Of a stretch of DNA of 43,452 bases, positions 1 through 7,635 are shown one piece after another. The notes below the pieces were generated by a model. The model was not told the origin of the DNA and made no database searches. It saw only the letters and a list, made by a program, of their open reading frames with translations. Made by a program: the position numbers and the translations under genes. Source of the DNA: Microgenomates group bacterium. Lineage in GTDB: Bacteria; Patescibacteriota; Microgenomatia; UBA1406; GWC2-37-13. The stretch is taken from positions 1 to 43,452 of the forward strand of contig JBJKRW010000020.1 of the NCBI GenBank assembly GCA_046704445.1, in the 5' to 3' direction. Numbering within the stretch: position 1 is the first letter of the stretch; every line of letters begins with the position of its first letter.

Positions 1-2
1 CG

Positions 3-923
3 TTGTTCCAGTCGTCATGGTTTCAACAGATTTTAGTTAACCACTTTCAGGGAAACAGCAATGGTTCTCTTTTGCTTGGTGTTTTCGAGAATTCGGTTTG
101 TGTTGCCCATGCGGAGTTTGAATTGGAAAAAGATACGCTGCTATTTTTAGGAATGAAACAGGTTCTTAATAACCAGGAAGTAACGGATTACGGAGATATT
201 GTGTATGCTCCTGATTCATATGCCCGCGCTCAGGAGATTTGGGATGTTTTGATTACATTTCTTTCAGGGGAATCGGTGCGCGAACTCCGGCTGGATTATA
301 TCCGCGAAGACTCTCTAACATACCGGACATTATCTTCCAGGGGCAATGCTCACACGGAAGCTCAGCAGGTTGCGCCGTATTTGGATTTACCGGGAGATTG
401 GGATACATATATGGCGGGGTTGGATAGAAAAAAAAGACATGAATTGAAGAGAAAAATAAAGCGTCTGGACGAGGTTCCCCATCAATTCGTATGTAGCCCG
501 GCGGTTACGGAACAGGAATTTGAACGGTATATAGAACTTGTTAAGGCATCATCAGACATAAAGCACGAATTTATGAGCACCGGAATGAAAAGTTTTTTCC
601 ATGATTTGGCCAGCGGAGGTGATCCGCAATGGAAACCTTATCTTTGTTTTTTGAAACTCAACAATAACGAATCTGCGGGACTGTTGACGTTTGAAAACAA
701 TACCGAGGTGCTGGGTTACAATTCCGGGTATGATCCCGAACAGCGGTTTTACAGTGTAGGATTGCTCCTTCATGCATTCAAGATCAAACAGGCAATTGAA
801 GCCGGAAAGAAACGATATGATTTTCTCCGGGGTACGGAACGATATAAATATGATTTAGGGGCGAAAGATCTCAGACTTTTTCGGATTACGGTTTCACTAA
901 CCGGTCTACAAAAACAGAAGTGA
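3..923 (+). CDS. GNAT-fold acyltransferase, CelD/BioF2-like; the 5' end is probably cut by the window edge
   Basis: The ORF is open to the window start. The C-terminal block YNSGYDPE...KRYDFLRGTERYKYDLGA is typical of CelD/FemAB-like GNAT proteins. Confidence 0.55.
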   Translation: MFQSSWFQQILVNHFQGNSNGSLLLGVFENSVCVAHAEFELEKDTLLFLGMKQVLNNQEVTDYGDIVYAPDSYARAQEIWDVLITFLSGESVRELRLDYIREDSLTYRTLSSRGNAHTEAQQVAPYLDLPGDWDTYMAGLDRKKRHELKRKIKRLDEVPHQFVCSPAVTEQEFERYIELVKASSDIKHEFMSTGMKSFFHDLASGGDPQWKPYLCFLKLNNNESAGLLTFENNTEVLGYNSGYDPEQRFYSVGLLLHAFKIKQAIEAGKKRYDFLRGTERYKYDLGAKDLRLFRITVSLTGLQKQK

Positions 924-1589
924 AAGAAAACCTGAGGACAAACCGAGAAGCGTGCCGCCAACCACGTCTGTGCTCCAGTGTTCTCCGAGACTGACCCTTG
1001 TTACGAGCATGATAATGTCAAAGAGGACAATTCCCGTAAGGCAGATGAACTTTCCGTTTTTTGTGAATGTCCGTGCTTTCATCACCAGATAGGATACGAT
1101 GACCGAAAGGAAAACAATCCTGAAACTGTGTCCGGACGGATACGAAGAACCCGGTTGGACATATGAACTCGGAAACAGGAAGGGGATCGTGTAACGGAAA
1201 AAAAGAAACGGAGGACCCGGATGATGCATAAAAGCCTTGCCGATCAGTTCCAGAAGATGTGAACCCGCAAACAATACGAAAGGGATGAACGCTTGAAGTT
1301 TTTTTCTCGATAAAAGAATTATCAAGAGAGCGATACTTGTCACTTCAAAGCTGCCTACTAAGCTGAAGAGTGAGAGGTACATGTCAAATTTTTTCGGGAT
1401 ATGGTTCTGGACTTTGACCGTCATATTAAAATCAAACATATCAAGCGACTTGGTTTTTACCACAAGTGTAAATAAGGCGAATACGCAAAAAAAGAAGATA
1501 GAAAAAAAGATCAGCGGCAGGTTTTTTTTCAGGGCTTGCATCAAATGTAAGTATATAGAAGTTTTATGACGGGATGCTGAAATTTTCAT
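906..1589 (-). CDS. PAP2-family lipid phosphatase, possibly a polyprenyl-diphosphate phosphatase
   Basis: Multi-TM protein carrying the PAP2 motifs PSGHS and SRVSLGEHWSTDVVGG. Its start codon overlaps the upstream MFS stop as ATGA at 1586-1589. Confidence 0.75.
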   Translation of the reverse strand: MKISASRHKTSIYLHLMQALKKNLPLIFFSIFFFCVFALFTLVVKTKSLDMFDFNMTVKVQNHIPKKFDMYLSLFSLVGSFEVTSIALLIILLSRKKLQAFIPFVLFAGSHLLELIGKAFMHHPGPPFLFFRYTIPFLFPSSYVQPGSSYPSGHSFRIVFLSVIVSYLVMKARTFTKNGKFICLTGIVLFDIIMLVTRVSLGEHWSTDVVGGTLLGLSSGFLSLLFL

Positions 1590-2818
1590 ACGATAACTTC
1601 CTCTCCCTGATATTTAATTACTTCCGGAACCTTTAACGCAACAAACAATGTTACCAATATAGTGCCGATTCCTCCCGTAATAACGGAAAGAGGCGCCCCA
1701 AGGAGAGCGGCGCTGAATCCCGCTTCGACCTCACCAAGTTGCGGTCCTCCCGCATAAAAAAACATATTGATTCCCGACATTCTACCCCTCAGTCTATCGG
1801 GCGTAATGAGCTGTCTTATTGTACTTCTGAGAATGGTGCTTATGACATCTCCGGCTCCGCTCACGGCAAGAAAAACAAGAGAGGCATAGAATGAACGCGA
1901 TATTCCGAACAGGATCGTGGCGATTCCGAATATCCCTACGGACCATAATAAGAGTTTACCTTGTTGAGGGATGTGCTTGCGCGAAGAGACAAAAAAACCC
2001 GCAATAAGCGCTCCGAAAGACGGGGCAGCATAAAGAAAGCCCAGGCCTTTCGGTCCCACGTTGAGGACTTCGGTAGCGAATATGGGCATCAATACGTTTG
2101 CCGAAGCAAAAAAAGTGGCGAAAAAATCGAGGACCATCGATGCGGAGATAATCGGAGTATTTTTTACAAACTTTAGTCCTTCCTTAAACGAGTTGAGCGA
2201 AAACGAAACTGTTCTTGAAAAAGATTGGGGTACGTTACTCATCATCATGAGAGATATAATAATCGGGATGAATGTCAGCGCATTGATTACATAGACCGAG
2301 CCGACTCCGAGGTATGCGATGATAAAACCCGCGAGACTCGGACCGATAACCAGAGAAGTTTGCCGCATCAGCGTATTGAGACTGACTGCATTAAAAAAAT
2401 GTTTTTTCGGGACAAGCGCCGGTGTCATTGATTGCCGTGACGGACTGTCGAACGATGCGGCTACGGAATTAAGCGCCAGTATCAAATAAATAATAAGCGG
2501 AGAGATCTGATGGGAATATGTCGTAAATATAAGGATAGCCGTACTTGCAAGCATAAGTATTTGAGCAAAAAAAATAAGTGTCTTTCTGTTAAATCTATCT
2601 GCCGCAGTTCCCCCGATGAACGAAAATACCAGTAACGGGAGAAATCTGGCAAGCCCAATATAGCCAAGTGAAAGCGCCGACCCTGTTAATGTATAAGTAT
2701 GCCAGATTAGTCCGACAATCTGCATTTGATTACCTATGGTTGAAATCAAAAGCCCAAGCCACAACAGTCTGAAGTCGCGGTAACGTAAAGCGATAAAAGG
2801 AGATTGATGGTGCTTCAT
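1586..2818 (-). CDS. MFS transporter
   Basis: 410 aa with about 12 predicted hydrophobic helices. The N-terminal block FRLLWLGLLISTIGNQM and the GGTAADRFNRK loop are typical of MFS_3/EntS-like exporters. Confidence 0.7.
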   Translation of the reverse strand: MKHHQSPFIALRYRDFRLLWLGLLISTIGNQMQIVGLIWHTYTLTGSALSLGYIGLARFLPLLVFSFIGGTAADRFNRKTLIFFAQILMLASTAILIFTTYSHQISPLIIYLILALNSVAASFDSPSRQSMTPALVPKKHFFNAVSLNTLMRQTSLVIGPSLAGFIIAYLGVGSVYVINALTFIPIIISLMMMSNVPQSFSRTVSFSLNSFKEGLKFVKNTPIISASMVLDFFATFFASANVLMPIFATEVLNVGPKGLGFLYAAPSFGALIAGFFVSSRKHIPQQGKLLLWSVGIFGIATILFGISRSFYASLVFLAVSGAGDVISTILRSTIRQLITPDRLRGRMSGINMFFYAGGPQLGEVEAGFSAALLGAPLSVITGGIGTILVTLFVALKVPEVIKYQGEEVIV

Positions 2819-2845
2819 ATAAAATATTCATTATACCTGAGGATA

Positions 2846-3898
2846 TTATTTTTGCCTATGTAAAGATATGTCAAGCAGTTCCAACAAAAGGACTTTAAAT
2901 GATTGGGGAATTTTCAATATTTGTATAAGCCGTTTTGCATTTGACGCGTATTCGGACACCTCTTTTTCTATCAGAACGTCAATTTTATTGTTGCGTGCAA
3001 TACGCCGTATACGTTTTATATCCTGTGGGGTAATATCTTTTTTTCCGAAAACCGTTTCCATCCATTTGAGATCTTTTTCGGATGACCGTTTAAACAGATA
3101 ATATCGCATGAGTGTTTTCTTGTTTTCCCGGATATCCGAGCCAACGGGTTTTCCGCTTTCTTCCGAAAACAATCCGATTTCGTCATCTTTAATCTGAAAA
3201 ATCATTCCGAGCGATTCTCCAAGCCGTTCCAGGTTGCGGTGTACGGAAGCGGGTTGTCGGGCCGCAGCGGCACCTATGAGGAATGGAAGAACGAACGTAT
3301 ATCGGGCAGTTTTATATCGATATACGTTTACAATCTCCTCGCGCAAAGGATTAACGTTCCTGCTTCCGAGAAAAATATCCTGCATTTGACCGATACCTAC
3401 GGAAATAAGTTCATCCGTTACGATTTCAAGAACTTTTTTTTTATCCGCTTCTCTCAACGTCGATCCGTTGAGGAGTTTAATTCCGTAATACAGCGCGATA
3501 TCGCCCGCACAAATTCCCATGGATTCACCGAACTGGAGAAAATTATTGATTTCGTGGCTCTGTGCAACAGAAAAATAACTGGCGTGTATGCTTTGCATAT
3601 TTCTTCGCACAAGATCTCGATCAATAATATCGTCGTGAATAAGAAGCGACGAGTGGATTAATTCAAGTCCGGCAGCCAAGGGAACTATTTCTCGGGATGA
3701 CCGGAGACCAAACATGTCCGCAGTCAACAAAACCAGGACACCTCTAATGGATTTTCCCGCAGTACTGAATGTGTCGAGCTTGGTTAACACGTCCTTTCCC
3801 CAGCGGTTAATCGCTTGTGCTTTTGTTTCACGGAAAAACAGTACGTTGATATACGAATCAATAATGCGTTTTTTTTGCCGAAGGTAATTTGAAAACAT
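2846..3898 (-). CDS. trans-polyprenyl diphosphate synthase (GGPP or longer chain)
   Basis: First Asp-rich motif LLIHDDIIDRD. The second motif region FQIKDDEIG...GKPVGSDIRENKKT reads DDxxG in place of the canonical DDxxD. Confidence 0.8.
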   Translation of the reverse strand: MFSNYLRQKKRIIDSYINVLFFRETKAQAINRWGKDVLTKLDTFSTAGKSIRGVLVLLTADMFGLRSSREIVPLAAGLELIHSSLLIHDDIIDRDLVRRNMQSIHASYFSVAQSHEINNFLQFGESMGICAGDIALYYGIKLLNGSTLREADKKKVLEIVTDELISVGIGQMQDIFLGSRNVNPLREEIVNVYRYKTARYTFVLPFLIGAAAARQPASVHRNLERLGESLGMIFQIKDDEIGLFSEESGKPVGSDIRENKKTLMRYYLFKRSSEKDLKWMETVFGKKDITPQDIKRIRRIARNNKIDVLIEKEVSEYASNAKRLIQILKIPQSFKVLLLELLDISLHRQK

Positions 3899-3972
3899 AC
3901 CGAGATAATTGTATCATGCAATGTCAACTTTTTGCCAAAATTTGTATAATATAGATATAGGTTGATATCATT

Positions 3973-4632
3973 ATGAAACACTTTAACGGAACTTTGGAAT
4001 TATTCAAAGGACTAAAACAAAAAGATCTCGATGCTATCAAGGGTATGTTCAAAGAAGTTTCGTTCTCCAAGCATAATCTTATATTCAAACCCACGGATAA
4101 GGGAAGAGTATTTATCGTCAAGGAGGGAAGAATTGAGTTGTACAGGAAAGCGCGGAATGATCAGAAATTCATTATTGACGTATTGAAGCGGAACGGGATA
4201 TTCGGCGACTTGAATCTTTCGAAAACAAGCGAGATTTTTGCGGAATCAATGGAAAATTCAATGTGCTACGTTTGCGCAACAAAGGATTTTTTCTCATTGC
4301 TTGCTTATCCGGCCCTTGCAGAAAAACTGTTTGCCTACGTGTTTAAAAGGCTGGTAACTATCGAGGATAAGTTGACTTCATTGGCGACGGAAGACGTTTT
4401 GAGAAGATTTTTGCGGTTAATTATTTATCTTGAGAAAACAAGCGAATTGCAAAGTATTCAAAGTTCGATGACGGACAAGTATACGCATGAACAGTTGTCT
4501 CAGATGCTTGGTGTGTCCAGACAGACAATCACAATGCTGATCAATGAACTCGAAGATAAGGGAGTTATCCAGAGAAAAAAGAAAAAGTTCGCGTATCAGA
4601 AAAATAAACTCAGGGAATATCTTTCCCGTTGA
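3973..4632 (+). CDS. Crp/Fnr-family transcriptional regulator
   Basis: N-terminal cNMP-binding-like beta-roll (FKPTDKGRVFIVKEGRIELY) and C-terminal HTH (THEQLSQMLGVSRQTITMLINELEDKGVI). Confidence 0.75.
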   Translation: MKHFNGTLELFKGLKQKDLDAIKGMFKEVSFSKHNLIFKPTDKGRVFIVKEGRIELYRKARNDQKFIIDVLKRNGIFGDLNLSKTSEIFAESMENSMCYVCATKDFFSLLAYPALAEKLFAYVFKRLVTIEDKLTSLATEDVLRRFLRLIIYLEKTSELQSIQSSMTDKYTHEQLSQMLGVSRQTITMLINELEDKGVIQRKKKKFAYQKNKLREYLSR

Positions 4633-4688
4633 TCATAACGCTATAATCTCACGTAACGCTTAAATATCTGCTAAAATAATTACACATA

Positions 4689-4765
4689 CGGGACGTAGTT
4701 CAGATGGCCAGAACGTACGCTTTGGGAGCGTAAGGTCGCGAGTTCAAGTCTCGCCGTCCCGACCA
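4689..4765 (+). tRNA. tRNA-Pro (anticodon UGG), CCA encoded
   Basis: Hand-folded cloverleaf. Acceptor CGGGACG/CGTCCCG, D stem GTTC/GAAC with G18G19, anticodon stem TACGC/GCGTA, loop TTTGGGA (anticodon TGG, G37), T arm GCGAG-TTCAAGT-CTCGC, discriminator A plus CCA. Confidence 0.93.
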
Positions 4766-5515
4766 AGTTTGAAAGAGACCCTGCAAATAGTCACTTTGTG
4801 TTGTTGTGACAAGCTTTTCTTTCAGTTCAATAGTTTTAACTTGATCACCAACAAATTGGTGGTTTTCTTTCAGGATCAAATACGGTTTACGCAGTTCTAC
4901 CAATAGCTTTTGATCCTTAACTAAAAAGTTCGTGCCCAGAGCTCTGAAGATCGAAGTCTTACATTCAGCGTCACCATGGTCAAAGTTATGTTTGGCATTC
5001 TTGGCAAAGTTAAATGTCTTTTCAGCCAACTCTATCCAATCATAGGTTCTGGCTTTGAGCGAATTAAATTCGCGCTCCAAATTCTCACGTTCTTTCTTAA
5101 GCTCGTCTTTTTTGGTTGAATATTCCTCTTTTGATACTAATCCACCGATCTGTAAATCCAAGAGGTTATTGAGCTTATACTGGTTGTCTTTCATGTTTTT
5201 TGTCAGATTATCAAGGATAGCTTTTTGTTGAGCGCTTTCGTCATAATGTTCTTTTTTGATCCATTTGATCGCCCACGAGCAAAATTCGCTGGATATGGTG
5301 ATTGAATCCAGTATTTCATGTATTTTTTCATTGAGTATATGGATACTCATCTGTTTTTGGCTACAGGTATGTTTGGTTGGATCATGGTTACAGCGGACAT
5401 ATTCGTATTCAACAACCGTTCCATCTGTTAATTTCTTTGCTTTTATGTATGGAATCCATGAACTGCCACATTCAAAGCACGTCTCGCTTTTTCTTTTTTT
5501 ATCTCGGCAATCATC
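4766..5515 (-). pseudogene. Large serine recombinase, C-terminal fragment only (zinc ribbon plus coiled coil); the catalytic N-terminal domain is absent
   Basis: The frame is open from 5515: ...CFECGSSWIPYIKAKKLTDGTVVEYEYVRCNHDPTKHTC (Cys4 ribbon). A coiled coil follows (KDELKKERENLEREFNSLK), then a tail ...SIFRALGTNFLVKDQKLLVELRKP typical of large serine recombinases. No resolvase or recombinase domain lies upstream in any frame. There is no stop before the tRNA, so the tracked ORF 4700..5350 reads antisense through the tRNA. Confidence 0.6.
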
Positions 5516-5978
5516 TCAAGAAGCTCAACATATGTCGCATACTCTAAAATCTTGTCCAAAGTCGTTTTGGCGCCATTTTTAACTATGCCGATATTGACTT
5601 GAGTATTATTAATAGGTTTATCAAGTCCTAGAGCCGATCTCTCTTCTTGTAAACCAGAGACAACGAGTTTTCTTGCGTCTTCTATATTACGCACCTCTAA
5701 CTGTTGTAGCTGATGCAATCTCTTAAACTGGACATGTTTGGCAATCTTTTGTTGCCTGATTCTTACCTCGACTTCATTCTCAATAGTTTTGCGTGTTCTT
5801 GCGTTTTTGTTAACACTCGCTTAATATAAGCTTCTCGATCTTTAATCCAACCCTTGGTATTTGTGCGATTACGGCTGTTATTTTTGATACTCTTTTCATG
5901 CATAAAATCACTTACAGATAACCAATTACCAGTAATGTAATCGTTCTTTAATTTTATCCAATCGTATAGCTTTTTCAT
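5443..5978 (-). pseudogene. Phage-like HTH / terminase-small-subunit-like gene, split by a frameshift
   Basis: The N-terminal piece (5763-5978), MKKLYDWIKLKNDYITGNWLSVSDF...TKGWIKDRE, resembles the DW..I..dY..G..S...a....GW..dR pattern of small terminase/HTH proteins. A second frame is open from 5820 to 5443 and overlaps it, which is consistent with a frameshift near 5800. Confidence 0.3.
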
Positions 5979-6035
5979 TAGAATGATTGTACCAATATAT
6001 ACCAGACGTACAGGTGGAATTAGATAGTGAAAGTA

Positions 6036-6064
6036 TTGATTTATCTATTTCAGTTTAGTACCAT
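6036..6064 (+). promoter_or_regulatory. Sigma70-type promoter TTGATT-N17-TACCAT, with the -10 box 6 nt before the ATG at 6071
   Basis: Read directly: TTGATT at 6036-6041, a 17-nt spacer, TACCAT at 6059-6064, then aaaact and ATG. No Shine-Dalgarno is present. Confidence 0.5.
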
Positions 6065-6070
6065 AAAACT

Positions 6071-6475
6071 ATGGATGAAATTCAAACACCAGATTTTGCA
6101 AGTCAGCCACCACAAAAACCAAAACCTCTTACTCAACTAGATCCGAAACATGAATTTAGTAGATTTGCTATCCCAAAAGATTCGTTTAAGAATTTATTAG
6201 AGGCGTTAAACTTACCGAGTGAACCGCCTTCAACAGAAGAATGGAGCCATAAACAAATCGAACTTAAAGAAGCTGCACAAAAAAACTTAGCAGATGCCCA
6301 AGCTCAACTAGATGCTAAATTAGCTCAAAACTCACAAAACCCTGAACAATTTCTTGACTCATTGGTAAACAATTTAGGAGGAATACTTACCAGAGCGGGT
6401 TGGAGAATACCGCAATCACCTGCAACCGACACTTCTCTTCCTCCAAATCCTAGTCCAGGAACTTCAGGAAAGTAA
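6071..6475 (+). CDS. Hypothetical Pro/Gln-rich protein (island cargo)
   Basis: 134-aa ORF with low-complexity P/Q/S-rich ends and a central Ala/Gln helical stretch. It is preceded by a well-formed promoter. I recognise no family. Confidence 0.45.
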   Translation: MDEIQTPDFASQPPQKPKPLTQLDPKHEFSRFAIPKDSFKNLLEALNLPSEPPSTEEWSHKQIELKEAAQKNLADAQAQLDAKLAQNSQNPEQFLDSLVNNLGGILTRAGWRIPQSPATDTSLPPNPSPGTSGK

Positions 6476-6611
6476 GAATGACTTTTTGAAAATTTTGTCG
6501 TGGAAGAAATACCTACGATACTACAAAAACGAAAGTCAAAAATAGAATTTTTTAGGAGTGCACGTCAGATCAAGCTAAATTCGGTATATACAGAGGTTCT
6601 TTTAGTGTAAA

Positions 6612-6674
6612 ATAATAGTTACAAACATCGTTTGTTATAGTCGACTTTTTCCGCGAGTTTCCCGCCGTCCCAAC
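6612..6674 (+). repeat. Direct repeat copy A, a degenerate fragment resembling the tRNA-Pro 3' end (att-like)
   Basis: Hand alignment to copy B at offset 869 gives about three quarters identity over roughly 60 nt with one 1-nt gap. It keeps the tRNA blocks CGCGAGTT (6652-6659) and CGCCGTCCC (6663-6671), but the T-loop segment is shortened. Confidence 0.6.
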
Positions 6675-6724
6675 AAATTTTGTTACAAAACTACCAGGGC
6701 TTTCCTTTGGATTGACCGTATTTG

Positions 6725-7447
6725 CTAAGAGCGTTGAATATTTAAAGCAGTATGAGTAAAAGGAGTGTACTGTACCGTAATTGTATCGCCGTTTTTTAAA
6801 TCAAAAAAAGGTTGGTTTTTTATGTTATAGATAGAATCATATGGGTGGTAGAAAAAAAAGTAAAATACGATATTTCTTACGGAAAAAGTATACATATAAA
6901 GATTCTTTTTACTAAGTCTTTTTAAATATGACAGGTTCGTAATTGCAATAATAGTCAGATTGCCACGAATTATAAACAGCGGGGATCGAGTATCCAGATA
7001 TATATAATAATATCGATGACTTATGTAAAGGAAAAATATAGAGAAACCGATAAATAAAGAGATTAAAAGAATCCAATCTGAAATTATATTAGAACCATAT
7101 TCTTTAACGTAAAAAATTCTATAAGTATAAAACAATATACCTAGAAACAAAGCACCATCAATAAATATGTAAGAATTGCGTTGATTTCTTGCTACCTGCC
7201 AAATGAATTTTATTTCACCTGGCGTGAGGTCTCTCATAATACGGGGTTCATCACCTGCGCCTTTTATGGAAATATCCTGCAGGAACCTTCTTCGGAAATT
7301 TCTATTAGATTGAATAACGCAATATAATCCGTATAAAATTCCGGTAAAAATAAGAATGCCGATAATCGAAATGAGATAGAACCAGAAGCCTCCAAATTTA
7401 ATTGAATGCATTGCCTGTAAGATAAGACTCCAATCACTTTGTGACAT
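6725..7447 (-). CDS. Hypothetical membrane protein with about 3-4 TM helices
   Basis: 240-aa ORF that is very AT-rich, with several hydrophobic helices (FWFYLISIIGILIFTGILYGL, ALFLGILFYTY, WILLISLFIGFSIFFLYI). I recognise no family. It is flanked by repeat copies A and B. Confidence 0.5.
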   Translation of the reverse strand: MSQSDWSLILQAMHSIKFGGFWFYLISIIGILIFTGILYGLYCVIQSNRNFRRRFLQDISIKGAGDEPRIMRDLTPGEIKFIWQVARNQRNSYIFIDGALFLGILFYTYRIFYVKEYGSNIISDWILLISLFIGFSIFFLYISHRYYYIYLDTRSPLFIIRGNLTIIAITNLSYLKRLSKKNLYMYTFSVRNIVFYFFFYHPYDSIYNIKNQPFFDLKNGDTITVQYTPFTHTALNIQRS

Positions 7448-7480
7448 ACTTCATCATAGCAAATCAATTTGCCTTAATTT

Positions 7481-7540
7481 ATAATAGTTGCTGACGTCGT
7501 TTACATTAGTTGACTTTTATCGCAAGTTCCGGCCGTTTCG
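7481..7540 (+). repeat. Direct repeat copy B, a degenerate fragment resembling the tRNA-Pro 3' end
   Basis: It starts with the same ATAATAGTT as copy A. Its 3' part CGCAAGTTCCGGCCGTTTCG resembles tRNA CGCGAGTTC...CGCCGTCCCG. Confidence 0.55.
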
Positions 7541-7635
7541 TTTCGTAAACGGGCAGCTGATACATCTCATTGATTTGACGAATATTGTGTAAGAACAAAA
7601 CGTAATGTATGATGAAATTATTATAAAGTTCTATT

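Larger units (their letters stand above)
4766..6674. mobile_element. Decayed integrative element or prophage remnant inserted at the 3' end of tRNA-Pro
   Basis: It directly abuts the tRNA and is visibly more AT-rich than the flanks. It contains recombinase and terminase-like gene fragments. It ends at a degenerate copy of the tRNA 3' end (6652-6671). Confidence 0.5.

Noticed and set aside
3959-3969. The palindrome TTGATATCA just before the Crp/Fnr-family gene as an FNR/CRP autoregulatory box.
   Set aside because: The half-sites are adjacent, without the N4-N6 spacer of FNR (TTGAT-N4-ATCAA) or CRP boxes. An 8-bp AT-rich palindrome is easily explained by chance.
4633-4688. The direct repeat TAACGCT...TAACGCT and a TATAAT (4642-4647) upstream of tRNA-Pro as a defined tRNA promoter.
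   Set aside because: There is no acceptable -35 element, and a second -10-like TAAAAT lies closer to the tRNA, so the signal is too ambiguous to call from sequence alone.
4700-4765. The tracked 216-aa ORF 4700..5350 extends across the tRNA-Pro gene on the opposite strand.
   Set aside because: The last ~22 codons are simply the antisense of a well-folding tRNA. The frame continues only because no stop occurs, so I treat the coding remnant as ending at the tRNA boundary.
6612-6640. Reading repeat copies A and B as complete decayed tRNA-Pro genes including the promoter, based on a shared TAAAATAAT-like start and an AGTT.A D-arm-like block.
   Set aside because: The 5' similarity to the real tRNA locus rests on short AT-rich strings that could be chance. 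Only the resemblance to the 3' T-arm and acceptor is strong enough to report.
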